Source of the DNA: Spirochaetia bacterium
GTDB lineage: Bacteria; Spirochaetota; Spirochaetia; SZUA-6; Bin103
Assembly (NCBI GenBank): GCA_965199955.1
Contig: CBDATQ010000001.1
Coordinates: forward strand, 1,280,001-1,344,000
Reading direction: 5' to 3'
Length of the DNA stretch: 64,000 bases
Part shown: in pieces, positions 59,053 to 64,000 of the stretch
Position numbering within the stretch: the first letter of the stretch is position 1
Layout: the number at the start of each line of letters is the position of its first letter
The notes under the pieces: generated by a model
Database searches by the model: none
Seen by the model: only the letters and a program-made list of their open reading frames with translations
What the model was told of the DNA's origin: nothing
Translations under genes and position numbers: made by a program

Positions 59053-62000
59053 GCGAGCGGCCCGTCGGCGACGGCGACGTCGGCCGTGTCGATATCGGAC
59101 ATGTCGACCTCGCCGGCGACGACCGGATCGACGCGATCGCCGCCCGTGACGACATCGTCGTCGTGAACGCCGTCGAAGCGGAGACGCTCGACGGCTGGCA
59201 GATCAACGTCGGCCAGCAGAACACGCCGTTCCGGGTCGGCTACGGGGTCTATCGGACGCCGTCGGTGGCCGCGTCGGGCATGCCGGCGGTGCTGCGCCAT
59301 CGGTTCTGGCTGCCCCCGGAGAAGGAGCAGGTGTGCGGCCGCAAGTACATCGGCCTGCTGCTGTACGCGTCGGACCGTGACGACTACCGCTACACCCTGC
59401 AGGCCGGCGCGGAGCTCCTGGGCACGGTGCGGCCGGAGCGCCTGGACAACCGCCGGCACCTAGTCGTCGCCGAGCGCCCGGTCGAGATCCTGGGCGCCGG
59501 CGTGCCGTTCACGGTGCGCGCGGAGGGCACCGGCCCCTGCTACCTGGAGAAGCTGCTGTTTCTCACCGAGCTGCCCGAGGCGTCGTCGTTCGCGCCGCGC
59601 CTGGACCGCCTCAGCACCCGTGTGACCGCGCCTGGCACGGTGGAGCTGCACGGCATCGCCTCCGAGCCGGTGGCGGTGACCGCGACGGCGACACCGCTGG
59701 AGGGCGTCGGCGCCACGGTGAGCGCGGCCAGCGGCGAGCCGTATCCGCTGCTGGCGCTGCCGTTGCGGGGGTTGACCCCTGGCCTGCCCTATCGGATCGA
59801 CGTGGAGGCTCGCGAGCCCGGCGGCGAGATCACCCGCGCAACCGTCGACGTGCCGGCGGACGCTCCGTCGCTCGAAGCGGAGGCTGCGGACCTGCGGATC
59901 CCGATCGAGGTGGTCGACTGCGGGCGTGAGGACAGCACCGGAGCGGCGCGGTGCGGAGACGCGGCGACGGGAATGCCGCTGACTTTCGCCGTGCCGTTGC
60001 CGCGGGGCGCGCTACGGCAGCCGGCGGCGCGGGTGAGCTTTGCCGCGTCCGCCGTGGACCCGGACGGCGAGGAGGCACAGGTGCGCGTGCACGCGCGCTG
60101 GCCCGACGGCAGTGCGCGCTGGGCGCTGCTGGACACGGGCTGCCCTGGCGGCGCCCTGCCGGCCAGCGGCATGGTCACGCTCACCGGCGCGGACGCCACG
60201 GCTCCCGCGGGCGCCAGCGACCTGACCTGGAGCCAGGAGGGCGGCGCGGTAACCGCGGGCAACGGCCACGTGCGGGTGACGATGCGGCAGGGCGGCGACC
60301 TCTTGGAGCGGGTCGAGGCGCTTCGGGACGGGGAATGGATGACCATCTGCCGCGGCGGCGGCCTGCACGGAGCGCTGGGAAGCGGGGTGCCGCTGAACTC
60401 GGGACCGGTCGAGGAGGCGCACATCGAGGAAGCGGGGCAGCGCCGGCTGGCGATCCGCACCGAGGTGCCGGTAGCCGATCCGAACGGCGTCGCGCACCTG
60501 CGTGCCTCGGTGCTGGTGCAGATCCACGCCGGCCAGCCGTTCCTGACGCTCACGCAGCGCCTGGTGGTCGTCAGTCCGCTGGCCGGCGCGGCCATGCACG
60601 GCGATCTCAGCCACTTGGCAGACTCCGTGGCAGACGCCGACATCGACGGTGCCGAGCACGAGAAGGCGTCGCTGCTGCGCGTGCGCTCGCTGGAGCTGCG
60701 GCTGCCTTGGCAGCCGATCCGGGCGGTGGACATGCCCGGCGGCACAGCCGCTGCGCCTGCGCCCGGCGCGCCGGTGCGGGTGGCGCACGAGCACGACCGC
60801 GCCTACCTCGTGGAGGGTGAGGGCCGGTCGCACACCGTCGAAGGCCACGCATCCGGCCGCCTCGCCATCGAAAGCGAGGCCGGCCCGTGCCTGCTGGCGG
60901 TCCGCGACTTCTGGGAGCTCTACCCGAAGGCCGTGCGCAGCGACGCCGACACGCTCGCCGTCGAGCTGCTGCCGGCCCTGGGCGAGGAGGTCGAGCTCCC
61001 GGACTTCGAGCGCGAATGGCACCGGCTCTACTTCTGGGTCGACCGGCCGTCCGGCTGCTACCGGATCAAGGTGGGCAGCGCCCTCACCACGGAGCTGATG
61101 CTCTGCTTCGCTGCCGACTGCGAGCGGCAGAACGCGACGGCCGACTGGTTTCAGGGCCGACTGGCCGTCCGCCCCGACTTCGGCTACCTGGGGAGCACCG
61201 GCGTCCTGGAGCCGCTGGCCGCCAAGCACGACTCGCCCCATCCGCCCTACGAGCGCATGGTCGACCGGGCGCTCGCCGAGTGGCTGGAGCACCGCTCCAG
61301 CCGCCACGAGGTCGGCTTCATGAACTACGGCGACACCTTCAAGGGCGATGCCGAGGCCGGCGGCTTCTGGGAGAACAACGAGTACGACGCCACCTGGTGC
61401 CACCTGGTCGAGTTCCTGCGCGGCGGCGACCCGCGCTGGCTGCCCCTGGGATATGAGACGGCGCGACACACGCTCGACATCGACACCTGCAACCACTCCC
61501 GCGACCCGGCGCAGGTCGGCGCGCAGGTCATGCACATGGCCGGCCACGTCGGCGGCTACCTGCCGCCGTTCTTCCGTAACAAGATGGCAGGCTCCGCCAC
61601 CATGCCGTCGCACATGTGGGTGCAGGGCCCGGCGCTCTACTTCCTGCTTACCGGCGACCCCTTCGCCGGTGGGGTCCTGGCGGACACCGCGCGCTGGATG
61701 ACCGGCAACCTGCGCCACTACACCATCAAGAGCGCGCGCGAGTGCGGCTGGCAGCTCATCCACCTGTGCGCCCTGGACCGACTCGGCGACGATCCCCGCT
61801 ACCTCAACGCGGCTGCCGTCATCGTCGAGCACGTCCTGGCCGCGCAGAGCCCCGGCGGCGGCTGGCAGCGGGTCCTCACCGCCAGCCACGGTGGCCGGGG
61901 GCTGCCGCGGCCGCTCGGCGAGGCCGGCTTCATGGTCGGGGTACTGCTGTCGGCGCTGCGCCGCTATCATGACCTGACGGGCGATCAGAGGGTGGCGGAA

Positions 62001-62327
62001 GCGATCACGGGCGGAGTGCGCTGGCTGGTCGAGCACACCTACGACCGCGGCGCCGGACACTTCCGCTACACGTCGTGCCCGGAGGCCGGCGGCGAACCTT
62101 CGCCCGAGTGGTCGATACAGGTGCTGGAAGGGCTGGCCGACGGCAACCGCATTGCCCCCAGCGCGGAGGTCGCGGCCATCCTGCGCCGCAACCTGGCCGA
62201 CATCGGCCTGACCGGCGAGGAGCTGATCGGCCGCCCGCGGGTGGGCAAGGCGCTCACCCAGGAGGCGCGCTACATCCCGACGCTGCTGCAGGCGCTGAAC
62301 GACGGCGCGGCGGAGAGCCCGAGCTGA
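59049..62327 (+). CDS. Large exo-rhamnogalacturonan lyase (PL26)/YetA-like protein with an N-terminal extension
   Basis: PLTFAVPLPRG, RWPDGSARWALLD, RDFWELYPK, GFMNYGD...WENNEYD and DIDTC, followed by an alpha/alpha barrel-like C-terminus. Confidence 0.65.
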   Translation: MSERPVGDGDVGRVDIGHVDLAGDDRIDAIAARDDIVVVNAVEAETLDGWQINVGQQNTPFRVGYGVYRTPSVAASGMPAVLRHRFWLPPEKEQVCGRKYIGLLLYASDRDDYRYTLQAGAELLGTVRPERLDNRRHLVVAERPVEILGAGVPFTVRAEGTGPCYLEKLLFLTELPEASSFAPRLDRLSTRVTAPGTVELHGIASEPVAVTATATPLEGVGATVSAASGEPYPLLALPLRGLTPGLPYRIDVEAREPGGEITRATVDVPADAPSLEAEAADLRIPIEVVDCGREDSTGAARCGDAATGMPLTFAVPLPRGALRQPAARVSFAASAVDPDGEEAQVRVHARWPDGSARWALLDTGCPGGALPASGMVTLTGADATAPAGASDLTWSQEGGAVTAGNGHVRVTMRQGGDLLERVEALRDGEWMTICRGGGLHGALGSGVPLNSGPVEEAHIEEAGQRRLAIRTEVPVADPNGVAHLRASVLVQIHAGQPFLTLTQRLVVVSPLAGAAMHGDLSHLADSVADADIDGAEHEKASLLRVRSLELRLPWQPIRAVDMPGGTAAAPAPGAPVRVAHEHDRAYLVEGEGRSHTVEGHASGRLAIESEAGPCLLAVRDFWELYPKAVRSDADTLAVELLPALGEEVELPDFEREWHRLYFWVDRPSGCYRIKVGSALTTELMLCFAADCERQNATADWFQGRLAVRPDFGYLGSTGVLEPLAAKHDSPHPPYERMVDRALAEWLEHRSSRHEVGFMNYGDTFKGDAEAGGFWENNEYDATWCHLVEFLRGGDPRWLPLGYETARHTLDIDTCNHSRDPAQVGAQVMHMAGHVGGYLPPFFRNKMAGSATMPSHMWVQGPALYFLLTGDPFAGGVLADTARWMTGNLRHYTIKSARECGWQLIHLCALDRLGDDPRYLNAAAVIVEHVLAAQSPGGGWQRVLTASHGGRGLPRPLGEAGFMVGVLLSALRRYHDLTGDQRVAEAITGGVRWLVEHTYDRGAGHFRYTSCPEAGGEPSPEWSIQVLEGLADGNRIAPSAEVAAILRRNLADIGLTGEELIGRPRVGKALTQEARYIPTLLQALNDGAAESPS

Positions 62328-62329
62328 GC

Positions 62330-63307
62330 ATGGCCAGCCAAACGCCCGGGGTCAGCCAGGCGGCCCGTGCGCCCGCCGGCCTGCGCGGCAGGTTGGCGTC
62401 GCTGATCACGCGCATGCGCAAGGATCCCGCCCTGTACGTGATGCTGGCGGTGCCGGTCGCGTACTTCCTGATCTTCCACTACCAGCCGATGTACGGGGTG
62501 ATCATCGCGTTCAAGAACTTCAACTTCAGGGGCGGCATCCTGGGCAGCCCCTGGGCGGATGACTTCGGCTTCTATCACTTCATCCGCTTCTTCTCCTCGA
62601 ACGCGTCCTTCCGCCTGATCAACAACACCTTCCAGCTCTCCTTCTGGTCGCTGCTGGCGGGCTTCCCGGCGCCGATCATCCTGGCCCTGCTGCTGCACGA
62701 ATGCCGCCTGCCGCGCTTCAAGAAGACGGTGCAGACGGTCACCTACCTTCCGCACTTCATCTCCATCGTCGCCATCGTCGGCATCCTCACCCTGCTGCTG
62801 TCGCCGCGCGACGGATCGATCAACCACATCATCGCCCTGCTGGGCCTGGAGCCGGTCTACTTCATGGCCGACACACGGTGGTTCCGGCCGGTCTACGTCC
62901 TGTCCGGCATCTGGCAGAGCGTGGGCTTCGGGGCGATCATCTACCTGGCCGCGCTCAGCCGCGCCAATCCCGAGCTCTACGAGGCGGCCACCGTGGACGG
63001 CGCCAGCCGTCTGCAGCGCATCCGGTACGTGTCGGTGCCCAGCTTGGCATCGGTGGCGATCATCCTGCTGATCCTGCAGACCGGAGGCATCCTGTCGGTG
63101 GGCTTTCAGAAGGTGTTCCTGATGCAGAACGACCTCAACATCCGCGTCTCCGACGTGATCGCGACCTACGTGTACCGGGTCGGGCTGCTCGGCGCGGAGC
63201 GCTCGTTCGCGACCGCGGTGGGGCTGTTCCAGTCCGTCGTCGGCCTGGTGCTGCTGACGATCGTCAACAAGGTCAGCTCCAAGGTGTCGGAGACCTCCCT
63301 GTGGTAG
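62330..63307 (+). CDS. Carbohydrate ABC transporter permease (LplB-like)
   Basis: YQPMYG, YLPHFIS, LYEAATVDGA and TAVGLFQS. Confidence 0.92.
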   Translation: MASQTPGVSQAARAPAGLRGRLASLITRMRKDPALYVMLAVPVAYFLIFHYQPMYGVIIAFKNFNFRGGILGSPWADDFGFYHFIRFFSSNASFRLINNTFQLSFWSLLAGFPAPIILALLLHECRLPRFKKTVQTVTYLPHFISIVAIVGILTLLLSPRDGSINHIIALLGLEPVYFMADTRWFRPVYVLSGIWQSVGFGAIIYLAALSRANPELYEAATVDGASRLQRIRYVSVPSLASVAIILLILQTGGILSVGFQKVFLMQNDLNIRVSDVIATYVYRVGLLGAERSFATAVGLFQSVVGLVLLTIVNKVSSKVSETSLW

Positions 63308-64000
63308 GGGTACGCCGCATCGAGCGGTTCGACCTGCTCGTCGTCGCGGTGCTCTTCCTGGCAGGAGCCGCGACCCTCTACCCGGTCATCAACGTCTTCT
63401 CCATCTCGCTGAGCCACCCGAACGAGGTCGCGCGCGGCATCACCTGGCTGCCGCGCCACATCGACCTGAGCGCCTACGAGTTCATCCTCGACCACCCCAT
63501 GATCGGCGTCGGCTACCGCAACTCGCTGATCTACGTCGTGCTCGGGACGACCATCAACCTGATCATGACCTGCCTGTGCGCCTACCCGCTGTCCAAGAAG
63601 CGCCTGGTAGGGCGCAAGTTCGTGACGCTCCTGATCGTGTTCACGATGTTCTTCTCCGGCGGGCTGATTCCGACCTATCTGCTGGTGCGGGCGCTGGGGA
63701 TGGTCAACTCCATATGGGCGCTGTTCTTCCCGACTGCGATCGCGGTATGGAACATGATCATCCTGCGCACCTTCTTCCAGTCGATTCCGGAGGACCTGGA
63801 GGAGTCGGCCTTCCTGGACGGCGCCGGGCGGTGGCGGATCCTGGCCAGCATCGTCCTGCCCCTCTCCAAGGCGGGCCTGGCCGCGATCGGCCTGTTCTAC
63901 GCCCTGGACCACTGGAACGACTACTTCAGCGCGCTGATCTACCTCAACGATGCGGAGAAGTACCCGCTGCCGATGATCGTGCGCGAGATCGTGCTGCAGG
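63301..64000 (+). CDS. Carbohydrate ABC transporter permease (3' end outside window)
   Basis: Open frame from GTG 63301 with AYPLSKK, FSGGLIPTY, EESAFLDGA and DHWNDYF. Confidence 0.88.
   Translation, partial: MVGVRRIERFDLLVVAVLFLAGAATLYPVINVFSISLSHPNEVARGITWLPRHIDLSAYEFILDHPMIGVGYRNSLIYVVLGTTINLIMTCLCAYPLSKKRLVGRKFVTLLIVFTMFFSGGLIPTYLLVRALGMVNSIWALFFPTAIAVWNMIILRTFFQSIPEDLEESAFLDGAGRWRILASIVLPLSKAGLAAIGLFYALDHWNDYFSALIYLNDAEKYPLPMIVREIVLQ

Noticed and set aside
1..64000. Many long overlapping or antisense ORFs in the ORF track (e.g. 12159-13925, 48642-50459, 60012-62060)
   Set aside because: Arg/Ala/Gly/Pro-rich shadow frames expected in high-GC DNA. They overlap genes with clear family motifs.
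1..64000. CRISPR array, rRNA, tRNA, prophage or integrase
   Set aside because: No regularly spaced repeats, RNA gene signatures or phage/integrase motifs seen by eye. A covariance-model scan was not possible.

Overview
High-GC bacterial window of mostly catabolic accessory genes: several peptide-type (Opp/Dpp) and sugar-type ABC transporters, two sulfatases, sialidase/BNR proteins, PhyH/TauD Fe(II)/2OG dioxygenases, oxidoreductases and a PL26/YetA-like protein, plus glnE and a divergent purA. The host may be a spirochaete-like symbiont, but that is weak inference. The standout is a lower-GC island at about 22.5-28.8 kb with an apparently intact four-gene RiPP operon of the YHH triceptide type: a precursor ending YDRVHNRHNRGR, a radical SAM/SPASM maturase, a 2OG-Fe(II) oxygenase and a stand-alone HExxH protein. 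It has no exporter or protease and sits beside a deleted IS630 and a frameshifted ABC-ATPase/TOPRIM-like gene. Second most notable is a PurA whose GTP-recognition motif reads TGLG instead of TKLD. The window also has many deletion scars and pseudogenes, an IS1634, one intact and two broken toxin-antitoxin modules, and signs of leaderless transcription. No rRNA, tRNA or CRISPR array was seen. Family calls come from motif recognition by eye, not from database searches.
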